Shown here piece after piece: positions 1 through 8,304 of a stretch of 64,000 nt of DNA (position 1 is the first letter of the stretch; every line of letters begins with the position of its first letter). The notes under the pieces were generated by a model that ran no database searches, had not been told where the DNA came from, and worked only from the letters and a program-made list of their open reading frames with translations. The DNA comes from an uncultured Verrucomicrobiota bacterium (GTDB lineage: Bacteria; Verrucomicrobiota; Verrucomicrobiia; Limisphaerales; UBA8199). The position numbers and the translations under genes were made by a program. The DNA lies in assembly GCA_903873945.1 (NCBI GenBank), contig CAIQQM010000018.1, positions 30,719-94,718 on the forward strand, read 5' to 3'.

Positions 1-1162
1 GGAGCGCGGGAGAATGCGCGCGATCGAGCGGGTCGGCATGCGGGTCGTACTGAGTGAAATTGGTATTCGCGGCGGTGTGACACTTGCGGCAGGTGCCTAC
101 GATGTTCTCCTTCGATAAATGCGAGCCCGGATTTGAGGTGGGCTGTATATCATGGTAGCCGTGGCAGTCGTAGCAGGCAGCAACCTCCGGCGCGACGTTG
201 GGTTTGCCCAGTGACATCGCCTTGCCGTGGTAGGTTTCGCGGTAATGCTCGAGGCGGTCCTCATGGCATCGCCCGCAGCGCTGGTCGCTAAGGGCTTTAA
301 AATTGCCTCCTTGCGGGTTCTGGATGTCGTGCGCTGTGTGGCAGTCGGTGCAGACCGGACCGCGCGGGTCATCCTGGGCCAGCAATTGCCCGTGTATGCT
401 CCGGTTGTAAGTGTTCTCGATGCCGAAGTGACATTTCCCGCATGTCTTCGCAATATTCGCGCGATAAATCGGCGAACTGCGGTCAACGCTGCGCTTGATG
501 TCGTGCATGCCATGGCAATCGTTGCAGGACGGCGCGACGATCAAACCCATCTCGATCAACCCCCGACCATGAATACTATCCAGGTACTGGACCGCCGCCC
601 GGGCATTCCGGATCTGGTAGGCTTTCGTGAGGCCCGGATTGCTATGGCACCGGGCACAGGTAGCCGGAAGGTTAAGTTTGAACACCGGCGACTCCGGGTT
701 GGAGACGGGCACGATGGCATGGGAGCCGTGGCAATCGCTGCAAACAGCCGAGCCGGAGGCACCCATTGCGTGGCTGACACCATGGATGCTGGTGGCGTAT
801 TCCCTGGCTGGTTTCTCGTGGCACTGAGCGCAATTGACCTGCCGGGCAGCGACATTGTCATCGGGATGCTTGGAAGTAATGTCGGAATGACAGCTTTGGC
901 AAGTGTTGGTCCGGTGGACCGTCGCGGCAAACCTGGCCTCATCCACGAATAAAGAGATGCCCTGGCCCGCAGTGTTCGTTTTGTAAAGCGTCTTGTCGGA
1001 ATGGCAATCGAGACAGGCATTATTTGGGTTTCTGTCGGCGGCAATGGAGGAATGGGAGCAGAGGAATAGAGCGGCCAGGAACAGGCAAATCCGAGTTCCG
1101 AACTCCGAGCTCCGAAAGAAATGCGGGTTCCCAGCAAAGGATGCCGGAGATACCGAGCGCAA
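1..1162 (-). CDS. Multiheme c-type cytochrome (at least 11 CxxCH sites), partial; 3' end runs off the window; absent from ORF track
   Basis: One minus-strand frame carries 11 CxxCH motifs, with His codons at forward positions 77,161,263,338,428,512,644,728,818,887,1001 (all = 2 mod 3). They read CRKCH,CYDCH,CGRCH,CTDCH,CGKCH,CNDCH,CARCH,CSDCH,CAQCH,CQSCH,CLDCH. The N-terminus reads ...RICLFLAALFLCSHSSIAA/DRNPNNACLDCH, which looks like a signal peptide. There is no nearby ATG; the candidate starts are TTG at 1162 or ATG at 1257. Tracked ORFs 97..513, 227..952 and 556..1251 are in other frames and have no heme motifs. Confidence 0.8.
   Translation of the reverse strand, partial: MRSVSPASFAGNPHFFRSSEFGTRICLFLAALFLCSHSSIAADRNPNNACLDCHSDKTLYKTNTAGQGISLFVDEARFAATVHRTNTCQSCHSDITSKHPDDNVAARQVNCAQCHEKPAREYATSIHGVSHAMGASGSAVCSDCHGSHAIVPVSNPESPVFKLNLPATCARCHSNPGLTKAYQIRNARAAVQYLDSIHGRGLIEMGLIVAPSCNDCHGMHDIKRSVDRSSPIYRANIAKTCGKCHFGIENTYNRSIHGQLLAQDDPRGPVCTDCHTAHDIQNPQGGNFKALSDQRCGRCHEDRLEHYRETYHGKAMSLGKPNVAPEVAACYDCHGYHDIQPTSNPGSHLSKENIVGTCRKCHTAANTNFTQYDPHADPLDRAHSPAL
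1090..1117. repeat. Heptanucleotide tandem array (tccgagt tccgaac tccgagc tccgaaa), 4 units
   Basis: Read directly from the sequence. Period 7, with the core TCCGA conserved and the last two bases variable. It lies just upstream of the signal-peptide-coding part of the multiheme gene. Confidence 0.8.
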
Positions 1163-1229
1163 AAGGGCAAGGGCGCAACCGTCGCTATTTCCAGAAAAGC
1201 TGCGCGTCGGCTGCGCCGGCTTCCCTGGA

Positions 1230-2714
1230 TTACAATCCACCGTTGTGGCAATCATTGCAGGTTGGGTCATAGTCTCCTCCCGGGTGTTTAAACTCCCCGC
1301 CAGCCGGTGTCATCTTCGCCATATCCGCACCGCTGCCCTGCGCCAGGATGATGTGACAGGCGTTGCAGTCGTTGGCTTTAATGGAACGCCGTCCGTCTTC
1401 GGCGAAGTGTTTGCCGTCATGGCAGCGGAAGCAGCCCGGCCAGTCCTTATGTCCGATATTGTTAGGATAAACCCGCCAGTTGGCGCGCATTGATGGGAAA
1501 AAGTTATCCAGGTAAATGCGCTGCACGGAGCTAATGACTTGCTTAAGACCGGGAGTGTTGAGCAGGGCGGGATATCTCCCCGCCAGACCAGTCGCAATCC
1601 CCTGGAGCGCCTCAACGTCGTTAGTGTAGCTGCGAGTCAGCACGTAAATGGCATTTGTCTTGATCCAAGGCAGATGCGAGTCGATCTGGCCGAGGCTCAT
1701 AGCGAGGTCAACGGAAGCGTCCGGCGCTTTGTAGTTATGAGCCGGCCGGTTGTGACAGTCCATACAGTCCATCCTGCGGACGGATTGGGGTTCGGGCGCG
1801 TTGGTGAAGTTTTTGGTGCGGAATACGGTGACGACCCCCTGCGGATCAGTAATGCGCACCCAAGGGATTTTCTGCCGGGCCTCGTCGGTGGCAACGTAAT
1901 CAACCTTGTTGCCCACGTTCATGTGCCAGTGAATACCTCCCATCGGACCGTGAGTCGGGTCGCCCCCGCCGACCTTCATCAGCAGGCTGAGAGAAAACGG
2001 GGTGTTGGTTTCATCGCCAAGGAAATAATTGTAAGTGCGTTCGAGGTTCCCGACGAATTTTTGAGGCCAATGACATTGCTCGCATGTTTCCTGGGCGGGC
2101 CGCAGGCTCTTGATGGGAGTGGGCACGGGACGCGGATATTTATCGAAGGTGACAGCGTAAACCTGGTAAAGGCCCGAGATCTTGGCTTTGACAAACCACT
2201 CGGTGCCGGGACCGATATGGCACTCGACACAAGAAACGCGGGCGTGAGGCCCGTGCTGGTAGGTGACAAGCTCGGGCTTCATGACGGTGTGGCAGGCCTG
2301 ACCACAAAACTGGACTGATTCACTGTAGTGGTACGTCTGGTAACTCCCAATGGCGGAGATGAGCAGGAAGGCGACGCTGCCCACGAGAAAGAAACCGAAG
2401 ATGCGCCGGTCGCGGGGCTGAGTGAAATCGATTTTCAGGTGCGGCAGCGGACCGGTAACTTTGACAAGCTGGCGATGCCGGAGAAACGCGCCAAGAAAAG
2501 CCAGTAGTAAACCAGCAACCAAAAAACCTGGTGTAACCAGATAAGTCAGGATGCCGATGTACGGGTTGGCTGAATGCGCCAGGGTATCCAGCACCAGCAG
2601 GAGGAAGAACGAAAAGAGGCTCCCCACAACCACCACCAGACCGGTCAAACTTAACCAGTTGCGAAACACAGAAACGCGGCGCGGCTGTTTTGGGGTGGCG
2701 GGTTCGTTGCTCAT
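1230..2714 (-). CDS. Membrane-anchored multiheme cytochrome c, NapC/NirT-like (6 CxxCH + 1 CxxxCH); ImcH-like architecture
   Basis: 494 aa ORF. It has two N-terminal hydrophobic helices, followed by the motifs CGQACH, CVECH, CEQCH, CMDCH, CFRCH, CNACH and CNDCH. Confidence 0.85.
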   Translation of the reverse strand: MSNEPATPKQPRRVSVFRNWLSLTGLVVVVGSLFSFFLLLVLDTLAHSANPYIGILTYLVTPGFLVAGLLLAFLGAFLRHRQLVKVTGPLPHLKIDFTQPRDRRIFGFFLVGSVAFLLISAIGSYQTYHYSESVQFCGQACHTVMKPELVTYQHGPHARVSCVECHIGPGTEWFVKAKISGLYQVYAVTFDKYPRPVPTPIKSLRPAQETCEQCHWPQKFVGNLERTYNYFLGDETNTPFSLSLLMKVGGGDPTHGPMGGIHWHMNVGNKVDYVATDEARQKIPWVRITDPQGVVTVFRTKNFTNAPEPQSVRRMDCMDCHNRPAHNYKAPDASVDLAMSLGQIDSHLPWIKTNAIYVLTRSYTNDVEALQGIATGLAGRYPALLNTPGLKQVISSVQRIYLDNFFPSMRANWRVYPNNIGHKDWPGCFRCHDGKHFAEDGRRSIKANDCNACHIILAQGSGADMAKMTPAGGEFKHPGGDYDPTCNDCHNGGL

Positions 2715-3076
2715 GGGTAGTGGCGAGCCAGGCGAGTTTCAGCGCCGGGTTCTATCATGGGATAAAATATGAGAGTCCAATGAGAACTGCGAACGTCAAA
2801 ACGAACCGAACGGCCGGTCACCGAAGTAAGTTCGAAATCCACAGCGCCGAGCTTAAAAACATCCACCTGAAATTCACTGAAATAACCGTCGTTCTTGTTA
2901 ATTCAAAAACCTCCGCGAACGGAGCTGGTCGACACACAACTTTTAGCCTTTTGTACCCAGCAGGCGCAAACCCGGTCGGCAAGGTCTCGAAACGGATTGT
3001 CAATTCCGGACGACCAGCGAACCCCGCACCCGGCCGCTTTCCTGCGGCCATACGGGTTCGCGGTCTCGAACTACGC

Positions 3077-3406
3077 TTACTTCTTGAAAGTGCGCATGTG
3101 GGCGACGAGCGCCTTAGCGTCGTTGTCGGAGATACCTTCGGCGGGCTTCATCATGATCTTGCCATCCTTGTCTTTCCACCCATCTTTAATGGCCTTTAGT
3201 GCGGCATCATCCTTAAGCTCTGCCTGCACCTTGGGATCGCTATAATCCTTCGCTCCCAGCCTCTTGCCCATCTTGGTATCGCCTTTACCATCAGCTCCAT
3301 GGCACTTGGCGCAGCTTTGTTCATACGCGACCTTGGCATCGGCCGCACAGGCGGACAGAGCTGGAACCGCCCAAGCGACGACCAGCATCAGTAATAATTT
3401 CCTCAT
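3077..3406 (-). CDS. Small monoheme class I cytochrome c (secreted)
   Basis: 109 aa with a signal peptide and a single CAKCH motif. It is a paralog of 6201..6530. Confidence 0.85.
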   Translation of the reverse strand: MRKLLLMLVVAWAVPALSACAADAKVAYEQSCAKCHGADGKGDTKMGKRLGAKDYSDPKVQAELKDDAALKAIKDGWKDKDGKIMMKPAEGISDNDAKALVAHMRTFKK

Positions 3407-3513
3407 ATTTTTTCCAGGTTATTTCTAGTTCAACTCACTGTCATCTCGGGCCGGAACTTCAGCCGGCGGAAAAGCGAATTCCTTGCCGGGTGTTCCCTTC
3501 CCGAAAATCATAT

Positions 3514-4752
3514 CTATCTGGCATGTGCCGGGTGCGGTTCGAGCGGGGCGGTACTTGGCAACTTCTCGGACAAAAATATTTTAACGAAAACCGTTAGAAT
3601 AATGAATGGCAGCAGAAGGAGGGCGGCCCCCATATACCAACCCTCCAGGCCAGCGAATTCCATCTTGTAGGTCATTACGCCACGCAGGCTCTTGGAAAAA
3701 GTCTGGCCGCCGATGACAACGTTCCAACGCATTGCAAGCACGCCAAGCAGGATCAATGCGCCGCTGGCAAAGTACATCCGACGCCGGATCAAATCCGGCA
3801 CGCGCCTGCGCAGCAACTGAAGCGAGCCCAGCAACAAAAGCGGCACCAGTGTGCCAAGGGTCACCTGGCCAAGACTTAGAGTGTAGAACAGCTTCTCGCG
3901 GGCCATGTATTGGATAACCTGGAATCCCTCCTCGGCGGAATAGATGCGATGAATCCAGTCCAAACCCTCAATGGCGGCGTCCACGACCAGGGCGTAGAAA
4001 AGAAACATGCACATAACATCAAGGCACTTCATGTCCAGGGCCTTGCGCCTTACCCAGCTCAAGACCATGTAATTGAATACGCACAACGCGATGCCGGAAA
4101 CCATCGCTGACATGATGAAAATGATGGGCATGAGCGCGTTGCCCCACCATGGGTTGGCTTTCACGGAGCCGAAGATAAATCCCACATAGCCGTGCAGCAA
4201 AAACGCCGAAGGAATGCCAACAACTGAAAGGATGTGGCCGATTTTGAAATCTAGTTTGAGCGCCGGGTCGGAGACGTCGGTGACGCCTACCGTAAAAAGC
4301 CGATAAAGCGTGCCCCTGAAGCCCGGGGTAACCTCGGACCACTCAACGAAATCGCGCCGATAATCAAACCAAAGCTCCAACAAGAGGACGGCCATCAAAT
4401 ACCAGGCATAAACAAACCCGAAGATCGCCATGGGTGACGTTAAGTGGGGGGTCATCATCACCTCAAAACACCGCTCCGGATGGCCGAGATGAAACAACAG
4501 CGGGAGGGGGGCGCACAACAAAAACGCAAACGCCGTCAGCATCGACAGCCGATACACCGGCTCCAGTGCCTTCACATTGAAAACGCGCACCAGGGACGCC
4601 ATGATGAACGCACCCGCCACCAAGCCCGTAATGTACGGATACAGCACAATCAGAATGCTCCACAACGGTTGCTGTGTCGCCTCGTTCGGGTACACGTAGC
4701 CTTCGAAATGCGGGATCAGTTCTGCAACGACATTGGTAACCGCGTTGGTCAT
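3514..4752 (-). CDS. NrfD/PsrC-family polytopic membrane subunit (quinone-interacting)
   Basis: 412 aa and very hydrophobic, with many predicted TM helices. It lies directly downstream of a Tat-exported 4Fe-4S protein, which is the typical NrfCD/PsrBC/DsrOP gene pairing. Confidence 0.8.
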   Translation of the reverse strand: MTNAVTNVVAELIPHFEGYVYPNEATQQPLWSILIVLYPYITGLVAGAFIMASLVRVFNVKALEPVYRLSMLTAFAFLLCAPLPLLFHLGHPERCFEVMMTPHLTSPMAIFGFVYAWYLMAVLLLELWFDYRRDFVEWSEVTPGFRGTLYRLFTVGVTDVSDPALKLDFKIGHILSVVGIPSAFLLHGYVGFIFGSVKANPWWGNALMPIIFIMSAMVSGIALCVFNYMVLSWVRRKALDMKCLDVMCMFLFYALVVDAAIEGLDWIHRIYSAEEGFQVIQYMAREKLFYTLSLGQVTLGTLVPLLLLGSLQLLRRRVPDLIRRRMYFASGALILLGVLAMRWNVVIGGQTFSKSLRGVMTYKMEFAGLEGWYMGAALLLLPFIILTVFVKIFLSEKLPSTAPLEPHPAHAR

Positions 4753-4753
4753 G

Positions 4754-5563
4754 CTACCTTACCTCCTTGTCAATCCCGGCATAAAATACCCGCGGCTTCG
4801 TGCCAAGGTGTGGTTTGAGTGCCTGCACAAGGTTATTCTGGTAAAACTGCTGAAGCGGATCATCCGCAACGGGATTCATCAGGTCGCCAAACACCCTTGC
4901 TTGGGTAGGACACACTTCCACGCAGGCCGGTTTCAACCCCCGGGTAATGCGGTGGTAACAAAGCGTGCATTTCTCGGCTGTTTTGGTGACGGGGCTCAAG
5001 AACCGACAGCCATAAGGACATGCTTGGATACAGAAACCGCAACCGATACAGTATTTGGGGTCGATCAGAACGGTACCATCCGGAGCATCGAAGGTGGCAC
5101 CCACGGGGCAGACTTGGACGCAAGGTGAATGCTCGCAGAGATTACACAGCTTCGGCACGAAGAATGAATGCTGGATCTCCGCGTTTGGCACGATGGATTC
5201 CGGAAAACCGTGCATGCCGCCGCTCGGAGAGTCCACCAGGGTTTCACCGCGCGCTTCTCCTGAGCCGGGCTTGGGTTTGGCAATGATGTAACGTTCGATC
5301 CAAGTGCGAAAATACTGCCCTTCGGGCACGTGGTTTTCTTTTTTACACGCCTCCGCGCAGAGACCGCAGCCGATGCAGCGGTTGGCATCTATGGCCATGC
5401 GCCATTTATGCATGGCAGGATCGTAACCCCTCGGCGCGCCGGAAGAGGCAAAAACCTTCTGGACCGCGGCCTTGGCGCTTCGCGCCGCGGAAGCAGCCAG
5501 CAAGCCTGCTGCAGCAATGCTGAGCCTGCTAAGGAGGTTGCGCCGGGATAGCCAACTTTTCAT
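4754..5563 (-). CDS. Tat-exported 4x[4Fe-4S] ferredoxin-type subunit (NrfC/PsrB/DsrO-like)
   Basis: Twin-arginine signal MKSWLSRRNLLSRL...AKA. Four Cys clusters are present (CIGCGLCAEAC, CNLCEHSPCVQVCP, CIGCGFCIQACP, CTLCYH...CVEVCP). I trimmed the start from the track's 5680 to the ATG at 5563, which overlaps the upstream stop as ATGA. Confidence 0.85.
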   Translation of the reverse strand: MKSWLSRRNLLSRLSIAAAGLLAASAARSAKAAVQKVFASSGAPRGYDPAMHKWRMAIDANRCIGCGLCAEACKKENHVPEGQYFRTWIERYIIAKPKPGSGEARGETLVDSPSGGMHGFPESIVPNAEIQHSFFVPKLCNLCEHSPCVQVCPVGATFDAPDGTVLIDPKYCIGCGFCIQACPYGCRFLSPVTKTAEKCTLCYHRITRGLKPACVEVCPTQARVFGDLMNPVADDPLQQFYQNNLVQALKPHLGTKPRVFYAGIDKEVR

Positions 5564-6018
5564 GGAACCTCCGTTGGGCTGTGAGGCACATGGCATTCTG
5601 TGCACTTGGATCCGGCGTAATGGGCCTTGCTCGCGATCTGCTTTAACCATTTTGGCCGGGATGGGCTCGCTTGATGGCACCGCACACAGTGGCCATAATT
5701 CAACATCTCCATTTTCACGTCCGGGTTGTCGGCATGGGCCTGGCCCGTGCCGTGGCAGCTCTCACAGGAAAGTGTCTTGTGCTCGTGCTTAACGAGTGCC
5801 TGGTATTCGTCCGAGTGGCACTCTGCGCAAGCCGCTTTGCCCGCATAGACCGGTTCGCGTTTCGCGAGTTCCGCGAGCGCTTCTCCCCGATACCAACCAT
5901 ATTCTCCAAAGGAGTCCGGAGTCAGAAAATAACGTGCTATCGAATAAACCACCACGATCCCCAGCGCGAGTAGGAAGATCCGGAAAACTTGCGGCGGCAT
6001 TCTAAATAAGCGGCTCAT
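5560..6018 (-). CDS. Membrane-anchored tetraheme cytochrome c
   Basis: 152 aa with an N-terminal TM helix and four CxxCH motifs (CAECH, CESCH, CVRCH, CTECH). Confidence 0.85.
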   Translation of the reverse strand: MSRLFRMPPQVFRIFLLALGIVVVYSIARYFLTPDSFGEYGWYRGEALAELAKREPVYAGKAACAECHSDEYQALVKHEHKTLSCESCHGTGQAHADNPDVKMEMLNYGHCVRCHQASPSRPKWLKQIASKAHYAGSKCTECHVPHSPTEVP

Positions 6019-6200
6019 GGCCCAGTCAATTTTCGTCTACGGCAACGATAATAATTTTAAGTGTTATTAAGAGCAAGAGAATCTAAGGATTGCCCCCCCG
6101 TGCAGCTTTTCTTCCCGTGCCGATTTATTACCTTATTTCGTCTTCCGGACCGACAAAAAGGGGAGCCGGCAAGGCTCCCCAACAAATATTTGAGCGTTTA

Positions 6201-6530
6201 CTACTTCTTAAACGCGCGGACGTATGCGGCGAGCGCCTTAACTTCGTCATCGCTCAACGCATCGCTAAAACCCTTCATTCTAACCTTGTCCCCCTCCTTG
6301 ACCCCGTCTTTAATGGCCTTGGTCATTTCAGCGTCCTTGAGAGTCCCCTGCACTTTGGCATCAGTATAATCCCTGATCTCCAGTTTCTTACCCATCTTCG
6401 TGTCGCCCTTACCATCCGGACCATGGCACTTGGCGCAGTTCTTCTCCCAAAGCTCTTTAGCATCTGCGGCACGAACTGAAACAACTCCCGCGACTAGCAG
6501 AGCTAGGCTGCAAACAATAAGTTTTTTCAT
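6201..6530 (-). CDS. Small monoheme class I cytochrome c (secreted), paralog of 3077..3406
   Basis: 109 aa with a signal peptide and a CAKCH motif. My hand count of an ungapped alignment gives 55/109 identical positions to the 3077..3406 product. Confidence 0.85.
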   Translation of the reverse strand: MKKLIVCSLALLVAGVVSVRAADAKELWEKNCAKCHGPDGKGDTKMGKKLEIRDYTDAKVQGTLKDAEMTKAIKDGVKEGDKVRMKGFSDALSDDEVKALAAYVRAFKK

Positions 6531-6958
6531 GATTGTGTTTTTCCTTTGGTTGGCTTTGTTGTCTTTGACGTATTACGGCTGCCTTTGTTCAACACTGCGG
6601 GGAAATCACTTTATCCCCCGCAAGCAAAGAATCAATGCTTACCATCATTCCCGAACGGTCGCTAAGATTATGCCAAATTGAACGCGCCGCTAGCAATTAA
6701 ATTCTTCTTTAAAGGTATACCAGTTATACTTATCCAAGTCGGAGATCGGTGGGAATCGGCGAAGAGCCGGCACCCCCGAACGTGTTGGCGATTTCAGCCT
6801 GTTTAAACCGAGTGGGCCGTCTGGCCATGTTCATTAGGGATATTCAATTGGATTTACGCGAAAATCAACCAATCCGTTGGCCGCCAAAAAATGTCCAATA
6901 TTTGGCAAGCACCGTGTAGTCCGGGATTTTCTTTGAAAGTAAGTTGGACTGAGAAATT

Positions 6959-7879
6959 GTGGAAGAACCCACTCAAAGTACTATTGTGTCGGCTGATCTT
7001 CTGGAGAAAAAGCGGAAAACTCCAGTTCGGACCAACGGCTCGTTGGAAACGGCGTTCGGCTCTCCGCGTGATTTCTGGGATAACCGATATGTCTATGCCG
7101 TGGTCTCCGCCCGTGCCCGAGGCTTAGCCGTGGGAGTTAACCTGTGTCCCAACAAAAACTGCAACTTCAACTGCGTTTATTGCGAAGTGCATCGAAACGG
7201 GGAACTGCGCGAACAGCTGGATGTGGATGTGATGGCTGCGGAGTTGAGGAAGACGCTGACTTTCGTGAATGGAGACCGTCTGCGCGAGCGTCCATGGTAT
7301 CGTGCGCTGCCCGACGATCTGCTGCAACTTCGCCATGTGGCCTTGAGCGGCGATGGAGAGCCAACCCTTTCGAGCAAGTTCGCCGATGCGCTCCAGGCGG
7401 TTGTGCATGTTCGGGCATTAGGCGGTTTTCCATTTTTCAAGCTTGTCCTCCTGACGAATGCGACCGGGCTGGATTTGCCGCAGGTGCAGCAGGGGTTGAA
7501 ATATTTCACAAAAAGCGACGAGGTTTGGACCAAGCTCGACGGCGGCACACAAGCCTATGTCAACAAGGTTAACCGGGGGAATATTCCGCTCGAAAAAATC
7601 CTGTCGAATATCCTGCTGCTCGGTCGCCAGCGGCCGGTGGTAATCCAGAGTCTCTTTCCCGCGATCAATGGCGAGGAACCGCCGCTGGAAGTCATCGAGC
7701 AATATGCGCAGCGCCTGGTGGAGCTGAAGAATGCGGGCGCCCAGATCTCGCTCGTGCAGATTTATTCCGCTACCCGTCCGACCCCAAACTCTGAAACCGG
7801 TCATCTGCCGCTCAAAGTGCTATCGCGCATTGCTCAGATGGTGCGACAAACAACGGGGTTGCAGGCCGAAGTTTTCTAG
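6959..7879 (+). CDS. Radical SAM protein (function unknown)
   Basis: 306 aa with a GTG start. It has the CxxxCxxC motif CNFNCVYC and the downstream LSGDGEPTL motif. There is no SPASM-type C-terminal Cys cluster. Confidence 0.8.
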   Translation: MEEPTQSTIVSADLLEKKRKTPVRTNGSLETAFGSPRDFWDNRYVYAVVSARARGLAVGVNLCPNKNCNFNCVYCEVHRNGELREQLDVDVMAAELRKTLTFVNGDRLRERPWYRALPDDLLQLRHVALSGDGEPTLSSKFADALQAVVHVRALGGFPFFKLVLLTNATGLDLPQVQQGLKYFTKSDEVWTKLDGGTQAYVNKVNRGNIPLEKILSNILLLGRQRPVVIQSLFPAINGEEPPLEVIEQYAQRLVELKNAGAQISLVQIYSATRPTPNSETGHLPLKVLSRIAQMVRQTTGLQAEVF

Positions 7880-8290
7880 TCTGCTGTCCCCAACGCTTCT
7901 TTACAACGAGTGCTCTTTTCGAGGATGGCGTCGGCACGCTTGGTCCAAACGAACTTTTTGGGGTCTCGATTGTGTCCGACCATGTAGGCTTTGATGGCGG
8001 CAATCATCTCCTGAACACTCTGGAAGGTGCCGCGGCGGATCCGTTAGCGGACGATTTCGCCAAACTACCTTTCCATAGGTTGAGCCAGGAACTGCTGGTG
8101 GGGATGAAATGAAAATGAAAGCGCGGATGTTTTGCTTGGCTGCCTACTGGATGGCGCGAGGCGCCCCGCCGCTGATGCGCATTGCGTATCCTGAAAACAC
8201 GGAACCTGCAGCGAAGAAGGCGTCGCCCCTCGAAGGGAAAGCTGATACCTGATCCGGACCGCTTCTGCCTCCTGCCGCTTCCCTCCAATA
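7876..8290 (-). pseudogene. IS630-family transposase C-terminal remnant (frameshift plus in-frame stops)
   Basis: The minus strand reads ...AKHPRFHFHFIPTSSSWLNL, then a frame break, then ER*FGEIVR*RIRRGTFQSVQEMIAAIKAYMVGHNRDPKKFVWTKRADAILEKSTRCKEAL*. This matches the conserved IS630 C-terminal pattern (HFTPTxxSWLNxVE ... PKPFxWT). Only about the last third of a transposase is present. Confidence 0.6.
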
Positions 8291-8304
8291 AAGGGGAGAG
8301 CGCC

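Noticed and set aside
97-1251. Tracked ORFs 97..513(-), 227..952(+), 556..1251(-) and 993..1493(+)
   Set aside because: None contains heme-binding or other motifs and their compositions are Arg/Ala/Pro-biased, typical of off-frame GC-rich translation. The third minus frame carries 11 in-frame CxxCH motifs and a signal peptide, so these are shadow ORFs.
2715-3076. 360-nt spacer with a nested hairpin (gcgaaccc...ggccgc/tttcct/gcggcc...gggttcgc at about 3017-3061) downstream of the small cytochrome gene
   Set aside because: It is plausibly an intrinsic-terminator-like structure, but there is no U tract and the next gene is co-oriented. It is too uncertain to annotate as a terminator.
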